Shown: in pieces, positions 62,408 to 64,000 of the stretch | How positions within the stretch are numbered: the first letter of the stretch is position 1 | Layout: each line of letters starts with the position of its first letter | From: Spirochaetia bacterium | GTDB taxonomy: Bacteria; Spirochaetota; Spirochaetia; SP-2023 | Reading direction: 5' to 3' | Assembly: GCA_965263295.1 (NCBI GenBank) | Contig: OZ253665.1 | Coordinates: 1,408,001 to 1,472,000 of the forward strand | DNA length: 64,000 nt | The notes under the pieces: generated by a model | The model's input: only the letters and a program-made list of their open reading frames with translations | Databases searched by the model: none | Told to the model about the DNA's origin: nothing | Position numbers and translations under genes: made by a program

Positions 62408-63355
62408 TTATCTCTCACGGTAGTTGCCCGCACGATAAGCCCCAAGCAAACGAGTGATTCCCTCTCTGAGTCCCACCTGCGGCTGCCAGCCCAAGTTGCG
62501 CAAACGCTTACTATCCATCAGCTTGCGCACAGTTCCATTAGGGTAATGGTCATCCCAACGAATCCGGCCACAAAAGCCTACTATTTCGGCCACCAGAGCG
62601 GCTAGTTCGCGGATTTCCAGATCGTAGCCGCTCCCAACATTGATAAATTCGCCAATTTCAACGGCATTAGAGTGTTCCATCAGGAAAATCGCCGCATTCG
62701 CCAAATCTTCAGAAAATAAAAACTCGCGACGCGGTGTGCCGTCACCCCAGAGCGTAACTTCTTCACGCCCCTCATCTACGGCATCGGCCATCTTGCGCAC
62801 CAAAGCAGGCAGCAAGTGCGAATTTTGCAAGTCAAAGTTATCGTTCGGACCATATAAGTTACACGGCATAGCTGAAATAAAATTACAGCCATATTGTTGA
62901 TTATAAGCATGACACATTTTTATAGCTGTAATTTTGGCCATTGCGTAAGCGGCATTAGTGCTCTCTAGCGGACCGGTTAGTAGGTACTCTTCTTTCATGG
63001 GCTGCGGTGCTTCTCGTGGATAAATACATGAAGAGCCAAGGTTTAGCAATTTGCTAACGCCATTGCGGTAAGCCGCGTCAATAATATTGGCGGCGATCAA
63101 AGTATTGATATAAATGAAATCTGCTGGATATTTTTGGTTGGCAACTATGCCACCGACCTTGGCAGCCGATAAAAAAACATATTCGGGGGCATGGATAGAA
63201 AAGTAATCGCGCACCTGAGCCTGCTCACACAAGTCTAGCTCAAGCCGTTCGGCACATATAATATTCTGGTAGCCACGGCGCTGCAATTCTTGTAATATAG
63301 CTGAACCCACCATGCCCCGATGCCCAGCGACGAATATCCGGCTGTCTTTATTCAT
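62408..63355 (-). CDS. fcl: GDP-L-fucose synthase
   Basis: AGHRGMVGSA, AAKVGGI, LGSSCIYP, YAMAK, NLYGPNDNF, WGDGTPRREF. Confidence 0.96.
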   Translation of the reverse strand: MNKDSRIFVAGHRGMVGSAILQELQRRGYQNIICAERLELDLCEQAQVRDYFSIHAPEYVFLSAAKVGGIVANQKYPADFIYINTLIAANIIDAAYRNGVSKLLNLGSSCIYPREAPQPMKEEYLLTGPLESTNAAYAMAKITAIKMCHAYNQQYGCNFISAMPCNLYGPNDNFDLQNSHLLPALVRKMADAVDEGREEVTLWGDGTPRREFLFSEDLANAAIFLMEHSNAVEIGEFINVGSGYDLEIRELAALVAEIVGFCGRIRWDDHYPNGTVRKLMDSKRLRNLGWQPQVGLREGITRLLGAYRAGNYRER

Positions 63356-63570
63356 ATTTTTTCCACCTTACCGTAATCATGCCCGACATATATTCAACAG
63401 CTGCCAGATATCTGCTATCCCACAAAAAGCCGAAGTAAATAGCTGTTCGTTTCCATTAAAAGCTTGCCTAATAAATCAATACTATTACCAGTTTTCCGGC
63501 TTATCCTGCCACCGCACACATCGACATTGTTCCCAAACCCTCTCGCTCCAAGTCTCCTTTTCCGAAAAAT

Positions 63571-64000
63571 TCACTCATTGTCTTGCTCTCCTGCCGGAGC
63601 CTCAGAATCAAGGTCTTGCATATTGACGTCCGCGACATCATCTTTTGGGGAGTCAGCGCCCGTGAACTCTTCACTGCGGGACAATTGTTTTAACAGACCC
63701 TCAACGAAAATCTCAGGGGTCTTATGCCCCTGCAGCAGTTTCCAGGTTTCCTCGTTGAGCAACTGGTTGAAGTCTTTGGACAAATACATACTAGGGCGAT
63801 AATAAACATAGTTTATGCTTTGAAGAAAGTTAATCGTCTCGGACATAACTTTGTCCTCTTCATCATCCACAACAACTACGTGACTAGCTGGCCCCGGGAT
63901 TCCCCATTCCTGAATGCGCAGTGCATTGGCATAATATCCTGTAAAATATTGAAACACCGAAGTTACTTCATTGTAATGCATTGGATTATAACTGTTAACT
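63571..64000 (-). CDS. C-terminal part of a protein entering from the right edge, possibly an ABC solute-binding protein
   Basis: Frame of ORF 63571..63981 stays open to the window edge; LLQGHKTPE resembles solute-binding-protein C-termini. Confidence 0.45.
   Translation of the reverse strand, partial: VNSYNPMHYNEVTSVFQYFTGYYANALRIQEWGIPGPASHVVVVDDEEDKVMSETINFLQSINYVYYRPSMYLSKDFNQLLNEETWKLLQGHKTPEIFVEGLLKQLSRSEEFTGADSPKDDVADVNMQDLDSEAPAGEQDNE

Overview
Chromosomal segment from a spirochaete, judged by the FlaB-type flagellin starting MIINHN, the hbb-rpsT linkage and the lolA-rodZ and GerMN genes. It is mostly housekeeping: leuA (partial), a ThrE exporter, a TPR protein, flaB, yraN, a GldA/F/G-like ABC cluster, bactofilin, hbb/HU, rpsT, clpP-clpX-lon, mrp, pyruvate carboxylase, flgJ-like, argC, tetR, mgtE, efp, uvrD/pcrA, murI, rsgA, mnmE, lolA, rodZ, folA, a K+ channel, dsbA, add, fabZ-like, bioC/bioD and gmd/fcl. 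One ~4.6 kb accessory island (~44.05-48.64 kb) carries a transmembrane protein resembling TIR-associated defence effectors, CACGAAA-based repeats, a frameshifted coiled-coil/PD-(D/E)XK gene and decayed phage-like genes. Other signals worth following are: sigma28 promoters and CsrA hairpins at flagellar genes; a 49-aa FlgM-like ORF missed by the ORF track; a small basic zinc-ribbon protein upstream of rpsT; two cyclic-nucleotide-related modules; a perfect 19-bp hairpin before clpP; and many unrelated in-frame insertions in conserved enzymes. No rRNA, tRNA or CRISPR array was found. All family assignments come from motif recognition by eye, not from database searches.
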